Below, in pieces: positions 13,910 to 26,499 of a stretch of DNA of 64,000 bases (position 1 is the stretch's first letter; every line of letters begins with the position of its first letter). Origin of the DNA: Prorocentrum cordatum (taxonomy: Eukaryota). The notes beneath the pieces are model-generated. The model worked only from the letters and a program-made list of their open reading frames with translations, was not told where the DNA came from and ran no database searches. The stretch is from the NCBI GenBank assembly GCA_963575745.1, contig CAUYUJ010000126.1, positions 1-64,000 of the forward strand, written 5' to 3'. The position numbers were made by a program, and so were the translations under genes.

Positions 13910-13930
13910 CTTGAGCGAAAAGGCCACGGG
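13910..13930 (-). other. Relict dinoflagellate spliced leader
   Basis: Minus strand CCCGTGGCCTTTTCGCTCAAG vs DCCGTAGCCATTTTGGCTCAAG, ~80 nt upstream of the ATG at 13832 and in the same orientation. Confidence 0.72.
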
Positions 13931-14368
13931 TGACTTTTGCCGCAGGCGGCGGAACACAGACACCCCTGCTGTGAGTGAAGAACACACGAAACGAAGGACA
14001 TGGACTTCACTCCAAGCGTTTTCTTAAGCAGTCGTAGAAGTAAACAATTACAAACGTTCTATGACAAATAGGAGCTCCAAGAAAACGCACACTGTCCTGT
14101 CAAGATTCTTGATTTTTGTTCAGCGAAGTCTGGAGTCCATGAACGTTGAGATGGTTTCTTACGGTTCCTGATGGGTGTGCCGCATCAACCACCCTTCGGG
14201 AGATAAGGAGACTGGGGGCGGCGATGAGTGCAGTTTTCGTTTTGCTGTGCAGTTGGCGTCGGATTGAGTTCGCGATCTATTATATGTATGTGTGTATATA
14301 TATACGCATGTATGTATGTACATATATGTATATAAATATGTATGCGTATATATATATATACATATATC

Positions 14369-14408
<40 letters not shown>

Positions 14409-14516
14409 TATCGATGTCCGAGCTGTCTATCGATCTCTGCCTGCCGATCGCACTACCAATCTATAGATCGATCTAGCTATCTACCTACGAAAGTCGCTAT
14501 CTATAATATACGTATG

Positions 14517-15066
14517 CATTCCTAACCTTCGTGGCCGAGGAAACTACAGTCTGACCCACATCCTGAGACATGCCAGAGCTCTCGAGGGCATCCATCGCTC
14601 CCTTGCTGGGACCCTAGGCGACCACACGCCACGCATTGATCTGAAAAACAAGTTTGCACGAACGCACATGCCAAAACGAGTCCGCAAGTGCGAACTCAAA
14701 ACGCTACCTCGAAACAGTTGCCACAGAAAATGTGAGATGTGCCTGCAGGGGCAGGTCGCATAAAGTTGGGTGGAGGGAACGCAGGGGGAGCAGAAGCAAC
14801 TTGAGCATATATGAGCGATGGATCGCCACAGACCTGGCCACGACACACGCTGCAAAGAGACACCAGTGATGGCTGCAATCCATACATTCCTAACCTTCGT
14901 GGATCCTGAGACCTGCCAGAGCTCTAGTGGGCCTCCATCGCTCTTTTTCCTGGGACCGTAGGCGACCAGGCAACGCGCATTGATCTGAAAGAATCAGTTT
15001 GCACGAGCGCATCTGCCAATGCGAGTCCGCGAGCGCGAACTCAAAACATTATCTCGAAACACTTGC
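14517..15066 (-). repeat. B1-A2-B2 split direct repeat block of the YR retrotransposon
   Basis: CATTCCTAACCTTCGTGG...CGAAACA(G/C)TTGC occurs at 14517 and 14885. AACTTGAGCATATATGAGCGATGGATCGCC...GCTGCAAT occurs at 14798 and 21269. Confidence 0.92.
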
Positions 15067-16060
15067 AACATGCCTTGCATTAGTCCAAACGCCTGGCTGA
15101 CGAAGGGCAGAGAGCAGACGATTAGGAGGAGCGGACGAGGCGGCCGCAGCAACGCGTCGGTCGCCGGCTGTCCGCTTCTGAAACACAGCATGCAGACGGG
15201 CGCGTTTTCCATATCGTGACACACTGCGATGATCTGCCCATTTGCCTCGGCGACGCACCTCCTCAGGTGTGTAGGCTTTTGTGTGGACATCAGTCGAGGG
15301 GTCACCGTGGCGCAGGCAGCGAGGAGCTGCCTGAGGCGTGAGATGCCGAGGCGGTCTAGCGAATCCCTGAACAATCAAAGCCACGAAGGCCGAAAGGGAA
15401 TATGTAATGATCACTCTGAATGCGCGGATAGAGAAGCGCCATAGCTCTCGCGATCCACTTCCGACTGCGGACTTCGCCTATCACGCTGCTGTCATAATGA
15501 GCTATGGTCGTAGAGGGCCGACCCGACTCAGGAGGAGACAGTCGTAGACACCAGCGATCGTAGCACTTGTGAACCTCCGAGGCCGGTGGCATGACGCTGG
15601 AGCGGCGGAGCGCGCAGCCCGCGCCTGGCCGCAGGTAGCAGTCAAAGCGCAGGGCGACCAGGAGGGCGGCGAGTGGCAGCCTGTGCTGGAGCACGTCGCC
15701 CGCGATCCACCAGGCAAGCTCCAGCGGCGCTGGATCGCGCGCCTCGCCCGGCCCGAGGTTGCGCCAGCCAGCCAGCGCAGCGCGGCTCCTGATGTAGAGC
15801 TTCCGATCTTTGCGAGGCATCTCGGGATGGCGCTGCGCGCGGCCGCACAAGGCGGAGCGGGCCGCGCTCTGCGGCCCCCCGCTCAGGCACAGCTGCTCCA
15901 TGCACTACCCCCCCAGCGCCCCATCGACGCGGGCAGGGGCGCCCAGGGGCCGCCCGGCGCGGCGAGCGAAGGCGATGAACTTGTCATTTCCTTCGGAGTA
16001 GGCACGCCGAGTTCCTGCCGAGCGAATGGCGCAAGCCCTCAGAAAACCCGGGGCGCGCTC
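15049..16060 (-). pseudogene. Tyrosine recombinase (one stop, one frameshift)
   Basis: FLRACAIRSAGTRRAY (N-terminal helix domain), FDCYLRPG (catalytic R), RCLRHG (HxLRHG box), RRGKWADHRSVSRY (W and catalytic Y). Confidence 0.88.
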
Positions 16061-16379
16061 AGCGCCGACCCGCTGCACGCGGACAGCGGCAAGACGGTCC
16101 CGTGCCCCAGGCGGCTGTCGCCCTGGCCCAGGGCGAGACCCAGTGGCGGTCGAGGCGCTTAAGCTCGCAGGTCGGGCGTTGGAGACTGGCCCGAGCGACT
16201 TCACGCAGCTCCTCTTGCCGGGCATCCGACAGCGGTGTTTCGCCAGGGGCGCGCTCGGCCCCGCGCGGGGCAGGTCGGCGAGCCGCCCAAGCCCAGGCCT
16301 GGCGCAAGGGCGGAGAGCACGCTGCGGCAAGGCTGGTCTTGCACCTTGACTCCTGACGACCGTCTCGAGCCAATGGCCT

Positions 16380-16910
16380 CACTTTGCCCTGTAGGATCTC
16401 GCGAGGCCCCGAACATTCACACTTCAGACTTAGACTCCCAAGGGCTTCGCAACTAGTAGCAAGGAGTGTAGGCTTCTTGTAGGAGCAACCGTAACGACCA
16501 TAATGGTACGCAACAGACGAGGCGGCAGCATACTTTAGAGCCTTCTTAATCTCGGGCTGCCCGAAGAGGCTGGAGGTCTCGGGGTTCTCGAGGGAGAAGT
16601 AGATCTTCATATCGGAGCAGGGCATGATGAGCTTAGCCGCGGACCGAACGTGTTCCCGAGACACAGTGACCGAAGACCGTGAGGGCCGAGACTTACGTGA
16701 AATACTCAACGGGGTACATGGGGTCCCAAGGTGTAGATGCCAGATTCGGCCATCTCGGAGCCACTTGATCGCCGCGTCCTGGGCCCGACGGTTCCCGAGG
16801 TCGAACTCCCGCCACTTTGTGAAATCGAACGGCACGGCCGCCCTGAGGCCCATCTCCGCAAGCCCCGAAGGCATCGCCCCACAGCCCGAGCACAGCTCCA
16901 GGAAGGCAGG
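16380..16910 (-). CDS. C5-cytosine DNA methyltransferase domain (within ORF 16059-17291)
   Basis: Motif I FLELCSGCG, FDL, motif IV HLGTPC, motif VI SLENP, and YGCSYKKPTLL. It directly follows the RNase H end motif ESERNPAD. Confidence 0.85.
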
Positions 16911-17169
16911 CGCGAAGCGTCTCGATGAAGAGGATTGCGTCGAGGGAGGAGGCAGAGGTAGCTGTGCGCGAGGTGCCCCGCCTGACGACGGACCAGACGG
17001 GACCTTTTCCTCTCGCAGATCGAAGGAATCTCCCGCAAGTGGCATTGACCCCCGAACTCGGGGGCAGCGATCAGCAACGGGCGCAGCTGCCCGAAGCTGA
17101 CGAGAGAAAGCAGACGAGGCCGTGCAACGCGATCGGCCCGAAGAAGTCGCGGCAAAGGTTTTGTTTTTC

Positions 17170-19259
17170 TCGTCGTCGAACCGTCGTGCCCCCTCGTCTG
17201 CTGGGTTTCGCTCGGACTCGATGTGACGGGGCCTCGGGCCCATGCCACAACCAATGGAATAAGCGGCACACCTGCGGGCTAAGGCAAGCAAGCCAAAGAC
17301 TTTAGCTCGGCCCTTCTCGAGACAGCAAAGTGAAGAGAGGTTGTCAGACAGCGCCAGAAATCGCCGCCCATGTCCTGAGCGACGGTAAGATCATTGGCGA
17401 AGAGCCATCAGTATCCCCCCCCCTCCGTCACGTGGATCGCCCCGTCCCTCTCCCACCTTCCTCGAAAAGCGCGCGCCAGCGATCAGACTCCACGACTCCA
17501 TCTGGCAGGGCCGGGGCCATGCCCGCAATCTCCTTTCGCTCTGTCTACGTTCTTTGCCTCGTTGTCTACATGCCCCAAGACGTGTTCCGCCGACTCCAGC
17601 GCACCCGAAGACGGGGAAGGTAACCCAACAGACTCCAGAAGCCACCGTGAATATGATGTATCAGGCACTTCGAGATCAACGGACTAGCCAGGACTCAGGG
17701 GCGGCAAGGCTCCCGACGACCTCAAGACATCCCGCGATGAACCCTTCCGCCTCCGCGAACCTCCAGCGCCCCTTCCACCTGGTCGGCTTCCGGGGCCCCT
17801 CTGGGCCCATGGGGGTGTCCGTGACTGCGTATCCTCTTCCTGATGCATCTCCACAGTGGGCTCGATCTGAGGGGGGAACAGACAGGCGGGCTTCGGCCAG
17901 AAAAACGAGTCCAGCCATCATCCTGAACTCGCGCTTGACCTTGCCCGGAATCTCAGACGCCCGCCCGAGACTGTCGCTCGCGAATCGGTAGGGGTGGGCA
18001 AGCGCAGACATCGCCGGCCTCAGATGAACGAGGCAGCGAACGCAGTGGCCTAGCAGCACGCGGACTGCCTCACCAGCCACCCGACGCATCTTCAAAAGAA
18101 ACTTTACCCTGGGATACAACCGCCAAGCCCTCCCAGACTTATAGCGAATGCTGCGCCTACTCTTGTCTATGACAACCCCCGCGCTCTCTGCCAACATCCC
18201 GTCGCCCCCCCCCCCCCCTTGCAACGCGAGCCCGACCCCCTCGAGCCCCCTCTCGATGGCTGCGTAGTCAGAGACCACGTCTGGACAGGAGAGACCTGCA
18301 CTGGCGAGATTGCCCACGCACGCACTCGAGACAGGGCCAGCTCGCAGATCAGGAGCAGGAAGGCCTTCCTGGACTAAACGATCACACCCTCCCATCGCCA
18401 CGGAGGTGAAGTACTTCACAGAAGTCGCGCAAAAATGCAGGGCCCAGGACCGCCCCCGAGGCAGCCCATGGAAGACCGGGAACACCTTCTCGGAGGAGCG
18501 GACGGGGCGAAGCCTCCCGAGATCGTTGTCGCCTACCTCAGTGAGACCGAACTCGGAGCAACGGACAGGGTCGTCCAGGCCAAACAACTCAGCCGTCGAC
18601 TCGACCGAGAACTGGTAAAAGGCGTCCTCGACGTCGCCGACGCGCACCGAGAGGTCCGGCACCTCGACGATTGGGCCACAGCCCTGGTTGAGCTCCGTCA
18701 GCTCGTCCTGGTCAAACCAGCCGTCGAGCTGAGACAGAGCGCCGGCACCCCCGAGTCGTGTCTGCGGAAGTAGGTGATGGTGGCCGCTGGGCATTCGAGC
18801 GTCGACGATGAGCCGAATGCCACGCCGAGACGACTTCCACAACAAATATACCCACCTTGGCCGCGATCCGAGTCCCGAAACGAAGTAGCCCCTTCTCAAA
18901 CAGCTTGCGATATATACATCAAGACGAGCTCGTCGATCCTGCCGAAGACTAGGACCCCAGAACGGCCTGTGGGTGGGGCGCCCCTCATCCCAGGCATCAA
19001 CCTCTGGCTGCGAGCGGACGAGGTACCGCTCAGGATCGATCGAAAATGCCGCCTCCTCAGGCGGCAGCAAGTCGACGGCGGGCTTTGGCACCGCGTTGCC
19101 CTTCGCGACCTTCAGAAGATCAGGCCGGTACGGGGCGAGGTTCTTCTCGCCAACGTACTGCAGGTCATTCGCCGTCAGAGACCCCCAAATAGCCTCGCGC
19201 GCTGTCATCCCCGTCGGCATGGGCCCGCAGCTGCTCACCGTGCCCCTCGCGCGCGCCAT
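17170..19259 (-). pseudogene. DIRS-type reverse transcriptase and RNase H (frameshifted, YxDD degenerate)
   Basis: IRLIVDAR, GDVEDAFYQF, LPRGRSWALHFC, CVGN at the YVDN position; RNase H DASGRGYAV ... NPAD. Confidence 0.88.
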
Positions 19260-19533
19260 GGCAGCCGACTGGGTAGATGAAGAGCGCCGACGGGGGTGAA
19301 GGCCTAAACCAGGCGCCTCCTGAACGAATCGAAGACGCCGTCGAAGCAGCCCGAGTGTTCAGGCTGCGCACCGCTTCAGCGACCCGACGCTGCTTGCTGC
19401 GTTGAGCAGTGAGCCAAGGTGCCCGTCGATGGGGGGGGGGGGGCGCGATCGCCAAGCTGATTCACGCGCGGAATCGGCAGCGGGAACGGATCTCCATGCT
19501 CGGGCCCACCTCCTCTGGCCAAAAACTCCCCAC

Positions 19534-20826
19534 TTAATACTCGAGAGGCGGGGCAAGGGAATGTCTCTCCCACGCCCCCCGGCTGCTGCGGAGGCGCCAT
19601 CCCTGCCCCTCCTGCGGCGCCGCAGGAGAGGCTTTGGACTTGGCCTTCGCCTTCGGGTGCGAAGGTGGCCCCCTGTCGGACGTGCGGCGTCGCTTCGCCG
19701 CCTGCTCCTCTCGCCACTTCCGCTGCGCCCCCATGGCATCGGCCACCCCCTTCTGCTTGGCGCTGAGCCAGCTGCTGAAATCGTGCAGGCGGGCGCCCCC
19801 GGTCTCGTCGCAAGACCCGATCGTGCCGACGTCGAGACCTGTGAAGTCGGAATGCTTCGGGTTCCTCCTGATCGCCTGCTGGGTCTCATGAATCACCCGC
19901 ACCGCCTGCTCGATGTAAGCCATATTTGTGCGGCCCACCTGATCATAACTGACCGCGAGGCGCACGATCTGGACAAAGTTCCGAAGCTCATGGGAGAACG
20001 ACGAGTTCTCGCTGACTCCGGACTTCCTCATGAACGCATTCAGCCACACCAGGAGATCACCGCCGTTCAGAAGAACCGACTCGAGGAACTCCAATGTAGC
20101 TTTTGGCCCCGGGTGAAGCCAATCACTGAACGACTTCGGCGTGATGAACTCCATCGCCCGGGCGAGGGGCAGCGCCCTCTTCTTTGCCGAGTTGACGCGA
20201 TGCCCAGGAAGCCGAAGGTCACCCGAAGCCCCACCAAGAAGTCCAGGACGCTCACGGGCAAATCACTCGTCATGATCATCATCCTTCACGAGCTCAACTA
20301 ACTGAGTGGCTCCACTGATGAGCGCCGGCCTCTGAACCTTCGTGCCGTCGTCGCGGTCCTCGGTGGAATCCACGAGCTCGACCGCTGCGATCACCTGGTC
20401 GAAAGCCTCCGACGGGGGGTCTGCGACCCACCAGCTCGAGCCCGCCAGTCCCATCTCAGCCCCGGGAGCAGCGACCCCCACAACTTCTGCAATCCCGCTC
20501 GCTTGCTCCCTCATCGTCGCGATATGTGCCGCGGCCCGCTGAGGCCCACGGAAGAAGCACAGCGCCCCAGCGAGGTCAGCAGGGAAGGCTCCATTCCGAG
20601 TCAAAGTCCTCACCTCTACACCGTTGAAGTCCTCTTCGTGAACGTCGCCGTCGGGGGTCCCGATGATCCACCGCCCAGGCGCGACTCTCATGCAATGGAT
20701 AAGATGGTGGTAATGAAGCCCAGCCGCATCATCATCATCATCATCATCATCATCACCATCATCATCATCATAGTAGACTAAGATCTGCAGCTCATCCACA
20801 TCTAAAGTCCGATTGATCGCCGCCAT
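19534..20826 (-). pseudogene. Gag-like ORF1 of the YR retrotransposon (frameshifted)
   Basis: MAAINRTLDVDELQILV...HH...GRWIIGTPDGD and DWLHPGPKATLEFL...YDQV...EQAVR...FSSWLSAKQK lie upstream of RT and inside the A1 repeat. Confidence 0.75.
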
Positions 20827-23800
20827 GCCGCAACCTCCTCACGAGTCGCTGGACCCTGCAAGGCTGCAGCACCTGAAGACCCGCGGCCGCCGAGCTTCGC
20901 GAAAAGGAAGCCCAAAATGAACATGACTAGACCCAAGCTGACCGAGATCTCCAGGGACAGCGCCCGCCTGCTCGAAGGCGGGCCCTCAAGGGGTGCGTTT
21001 CCACCCACACACACACAGTCTGGGCAGAGAGCTGCCGCCGGGCACGAACACGCCAGCGCTGCAGGGCACGAAGCAGGACGTCCCACGGCCTCTCGGACGA
21101 TCTCGAACACGGGATCGCGGATCCCCCGCCGCTGGAGCAGCGGGGCAGTTGCACTCGCACCTGGTGGGAGCAACCGCGTCTCTAGTCACAGTGTATGCGA
21201 AGTGGGCGGCCGAACTCCACGGGAGGAACCACTCGAGCAGATGCTGCTGACCTCGCTCAGCAGGAAAAAACTTGAGCATATATGAGCGATGGATCGCCAC
21301 ACACCTGGCCACGACGCACGCTGCAAAGAGACATCAGTGACTGCTGCAATAGATGTCTATCGCGCGATCTTTCGGTCTCGCAACTGATGTGCCGATCTCG
21401 CCATCAGTCAACCTAATGTCCCACAATGCATCTGTATCACGCTATCATAAAATCTTGTGTTGCATCCTCGGGGGACCTTGTCTGTCCCGTCGCGGCCCTG
21501 TCCGTGTCGAATCCGTGTCGAATCCATGTCGGACGCGTCGGATCCGTGTCGAATCCGCGTCGAATCCGCGTCGAATCCACGCCAAATCCGCGTCGAATTC
21601 GCATCGAGCACGCGTCGGGCCCCCCAAAAGACACCAACTTTTGGGACAGGCGAGGTCCCCCGAAGATGCAACAGAATAGATCGTCAAACGACCAGCCTCA
21701 CCTTCGCCTCCTTCCCGGAGCCCCAGTCCTCAGTCCCGAGGGGCCTTCCAGGGGTCCGAACTCCGAGATCTACCGGGGGGCTTGTCTGTGTGCCCTCGGG
21801 GCTCCGGCGCACTCCCCGGCGGGAAGTCCTGCGGCTCCAGGGGGGCTCCACGAGGCCTCCAAGACGGCGCGAGAGGGCCCCGATACGCCCCGAGATCGGC
21901 CCAGGACGCCCAAGATGGCCCCAAGACGACCCAAGAGGCCTCCCAGACGGCCCCAGAGGCCTCCAAGAGGCCCACGAGGCCCCCACGATGGCCCCAGCAC
22001 GGCCCCCAAGAGGGCACCACGACGGCCCCAGAGGGTCCCAAGACGGCCCAAGAGGCGCCCAAGACGGCCCAAGAGGACGCAAAGACGGCCCCAAGAGGGG
22101 GCCCAGATGGGGACCCCGAACGGACATTTCGAGCCCTCGGCCCCGAGGGGCCTCCAGGAGGCGCTCAAGAGGCCCCAAAGAGGACCCATGAGGCACCCAA
22201 GAGGCCCCAAGAGGCCCTCAAGAGACCCCCAAGAGGCTCCCAAGAGGCCCCCAAGAGGCTCCCAAGAGGCCTCCGAGAGCGCTCCGAAGAGACCCGAACA
22301 AGCATCCCTGAGAACTCTGGCCCACAACCCAGGCACGTAGACCAGCTTGGCATCGGGACGGCAAGCGAGGGTTCTTTCTGTGGGGGCGCGAGGTCGCTGG
22401 CTAGTGGCTTGGAGCTCTGCTGGTGTGAAGGCTCTGGCACGACATGCATACATCGAACACAAATCCCTGCGAAAATCAGTGAGCATTGCACTTCCGGGGC
22501 CTCCCTGGGCCCACCCGGGGGCGCTCGGCCCTGACTTCCCCGCGGCGCTGGCTTGGGCAGACCAACGACCTCGGGCGCCGACCCGCGGAGCTCACGCGGC
22601 TTGAGCAGGGACCGACCGTACCAGCATTCCTATAGTCATACCACGAAGTGTTCTTAGAACCCAAAAATGTTCTAAGAACAAATAATGTTCTTAGAGCACA
22701 AGCCCGATGTGTTAAAACAAGACAATCCTAGCCAGACATGTTCTAAGGACATTTCGTGGGAACCACAACAAATTCTTAGAACTTTGTTTGGTGGGGCTAT
22801 AGGCGAGCCGGGACGCTTCGCCACTGCTTGAGCGGCGGGCCGCCCGAGGGACTGCTGCCAGTCTTCGCCGTGCCGGCTGGGCGCGCGGTCGCTGCTGCCC
22901 CGCGAGATCGCGCCGAGCTTCCCTGGGCTCGCTCGCGCGGAAGGCGGCCGCTGCCACGCAGCGCAGCGACCCGAAGACTGCGCGCGGCGTGTGCGCGCAG
23001 CCTCGGCGCGGCCAGGCCTGCCCAGAACGCCTCGGCGCGCACGAGCTCGATGGCTCGCTAACGACGTCCCCCGCCGAGGCAACTGGCGAGGCGGGAGGAG
23101 CACGTCGCATCCGTGCTCCAAGGCGAGCTGGCCTCGCGAGGCCAACTGCACTGCGGGGCGGAACCGGCGCCGCTTCCAGTGTCCCTCGACGCGGGCGTCG
23201 TGTGGACTGCGGTCGCCACTGACGCGCTGGGCAAGAACAATCCTCCTCCTCCTCCTCCTCCTCCTCCTCCTCCTCCTCCTCCTCCTCCTCCTCCTCCTCC
23301 TAAGGGCGTTGGACCAGATGGCATATTCCCGCGGAACTGCTGCAGGCCGGCGGAACCTCCTGAGCCGTCGCGTGCTTCGAGATCAGTTGCTGCGCGGCCG
23401 CCACCCGTCAGTGGCCCGTCAAATGGTTCGGCGACATCGTCCACGTGTGGAAAAGGAAGGGCGACCCGGCTGTGTGCGACAACAGCCGTGGTTTGCTCTT
23501 GGCTGACCACGCGTCGAAAGCCCTCGCCTCGCTCGCAAACGAGGACATGGGCGACGTGTACACTCGCCACGTGCTGTCACACCAGTGCGGCGCGGTCGCA
23601 GGGCGTGGCGCAGACGTCGCCACCCACATCGCCCGTTCGCTCCTCGCCATTGCGTTCGACAAGATCGTCCGAGAATTGGTCATGGGATGGGGGTCGCGTC
23701 CGCTGGAAGAGACCGTGCCGCATCTCATCGCGCTCGGAGTCGACCTGGCCGCTGCGACGTGGATCGTGGACGACGTTGCGAGCCGCGGATGCGTCTTCGA

Positions 23801-25589
23801 GCAGTGAGGCGTGAACCCGACTACCCTTGGCGTGCTGCGGACTCTCCACGAGCACTCGTGGCTACAGGTGCGCGGCAATGCGCGGCAGTGCGCAAGCCGT
23901 ACGTTCGAAGACTGGTGGGCGACAGGGCTGCAAGGTCGGGTCGCATGTCTTCAATGCTGGCTACTGCGTTGCCCTCGACCTCCTGGACACCCGGCGCGCG
24001 GAATACGGGCTTGCGTTCCGCGCTGTGGAGCCTGATGGCCCATTCTGGCAGTCGCCGTGCGGGGAGGGCCATCAACGATGCAGTACCTCTCCTCGCCGAG
24101 GTTGATGGGACGGCCCCCGCCGCAGCGAAGTACTGCGAACGCGTCACGGAGGTGGCCCAGCAGAACGAGGTGCTGCCCGACCCGCCCTCGGAGACCGCCG
24201 CGGCTGCGGCAGAGCCGAGGGTGACTGAGCTGCACCAGTCGACCGAGCTAGAGGTTGACGTTTCAGATACTGATTCAGATTCAGACCCGCTGCTAGAGGG
24301 AGGACGTGGTGGTATGTATTCGCAGTGGCGTCGGGGGAACGACAAGGCGACGATGCAGACCCAACTGGCACTCTTGGAGGAGCGATTGCGGGACTTGGCG
24401 GGCCAGGTCCGTGGGAGCAATCGAGCACGACCCAAAGAGAAGCCACAACATCGTACTCGTGATAGTGTCCATGAGAAGACTGATAGACGTCGGGACCCTC
24501 GTCTGTTGGTTCGTCTCAAGCGCCTCATTCGCCAAGCGGATGAACAAGATCAGCCTCCGACCCACAAAGAGATGATCGCAACATTGAAGTACCTGCTCGA
24601 GGACAACTCGCCCAAGAGCAAGAAGACCGACCAGAACGCCGTGGCCAAGGGCACGGGGAAAAGTGCTACGACGTCGCCTAATACTTTCAAGCTGCTACAA
24701 CACCCATGGGGATCATCATCGGTGTGGCAGGCAGCACGCATGAAAGACAAAGACTACGACCCACAGGCACCACCAGTGATCGCCTGCAAGGGACGGAAGG
24801 AGTACGACAACGTGAAGGAGTGGTTTGGTGCCAAGGGGCACCCGACCGCGACAGCCACGTACGTGCTCTTCGATGAAGTTACCAAGTTGGATGGTTGGGA
24901 GAACATCGACGTTGCGGTCGAGGCTAAAGGTGGGGGCGCCACATTGGTTCCAGCTCAAATATTACGTACGGGCCAGAAGGCCCCCCCAGGAGACAGGACT
25001 ACCGACAGGAGTGAAAAGATAATGTGGAGGTGGCAGCCCCCACGGACAAGCCCATCGCGGTGAGAATTACGGTCGCCCGAGACTTCGCACCATATTGGCT
25101 ATACGCAGAAGCAGAAGAGAACCCAGTGGCCCTACCAGCGCTCGTCCTGAGCGCGGCCCTCACAAAGCAAGTCGTACTCCGACGCCTTGATCCCACGAGG
25201 GGGAGGTGAAGGCGTGGGCACTTGACCGCGGCTTCAAGAATGTGAACAGCATCGCACGTTGTGGCACGAGACGCTGGTTTATTCGAGCAGATCTTGAGCA
25301 GTTGGAAAGCGGCAGAGTTTTGGAATTCAAATCAGGGGTGATGGCCAGCCTGGCGGCGCCGCGTCGCGGGAGCTCCAGGCCAGCGCCAACGAAGTCACCG
25401 AAGACGGCCTGGGGCACCCCAAGCCCTACAAGACATCAGCCCGAAGCACCAGCAGAGACTGCCTCACAAGAGGCCAAGCCAGACGCCGACGGTGATGCAG
25501 CGATGACGAACGCGGAGAATGGCATCGGCGGAGACGGAGAGCCTCGACAGAAGGACGCCCGACAGACGGCACCAGCCAAAGCTCCATGG

Positions 25590-26082
25590 GGAGATTGTTT
25601 CAAGCAGCGCGGGTGTGGAGGCAAAGGGGATCGCTTCTACGTCTCGGCGGGTTTCTATTTCAACTCACTCCAGCCGTCTGGAGACAAGGCTGGACAGAAG
25701 ATACCGACGGAAGCCGACCTCGGCCCAGGCGGTAAGATCCAGGCGGCACGTCGCGCGAAGGTGGCCGCAGAGATGCTCAAGCAGAAGTTGCCGCAGAAGG
25801 AGGCCGACGAGCCAGCCGAGGCGGGGACGTATGCTACTACAAAGTCTATAAAGGCAGCAGCAGCGGCAGTCGCTTAAGACTTCTCGGTTTGGAAGAAAGC
25901 AAGGTACGGGGTGGGCCCTGTTTACGGCGCCAGCCGCGGTCAAGACGAAACACAAGTGCTGGATGTCCCTGGCGGGCAAACCTGTTCAGCTCTTGGTTGG
26001 AACAGTACCCGTCCCTCCTGAAGTCGAAGCTGAATGGAGGAAGAATGCCAGGCCATACCCTCATCACTTCACGGGCGGGGGA
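25590..26082 (+). pseudogene. OTU-like cysteine protease remnant
   Basis: GCGGKGDRFYVSA resembles DxGGxGDCxY with the catalytic C read as R (CGC). Also GTYA...IKAAA, and it ends in FTGGG. Interrupted by a stop and a frameshift. Confidence 0.5.
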
Positions 26083-26499
26083 AAGACCTCACAGAAGAAG
26101 GCTGGACCTCTTGAGGACGACGGCGCCGATCCACCAACCCGACTCCAGCAGTATCTAACAAATCCTCGTCTTCGAGTTCGTTTTCTTCGGACGCGGCTAT
26201 GGCCATCTTCGATGCGCCGACGCCGTCACGGGCCTCGATTTCGACGCGACGGGCACAGAGTATACTTGGAAACGCTACGCCCAAGACGAGACCTCTCTCG
26301 TCCAGGCGAATATGCAGCATATTGAATCCCAGCCCGAAGCCGACCCCCTTGCCGACATTGGCCGATCCTCACAAGCACTGGCATTGCCCTTGCGGCAAGT
26401 GGACCCCCGACCCACTCCTGACGAACCAGCAGATGTGGAGCGAGGTCAAGGCGCACTGGCGAGTGTGCCCGGGAGAAGACCCACCCGAGGAACATGAGG

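Larger units (their letters stand above)
14517..21350 (-). mobile_element. Full-length, decayed tyrosine-recombinase (DIRS-order, PAT/Ngaro-type repeat structure) retrotransposon with C5 DNA methyltransferase
   Basis: Split direct repeats A1 21269-21350, B1 14885-15066, A2 14798-14879, B2 14517-14721. Internal order is gag-like, RT, RNase H, MTase, YR. Confidence 0.92.
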
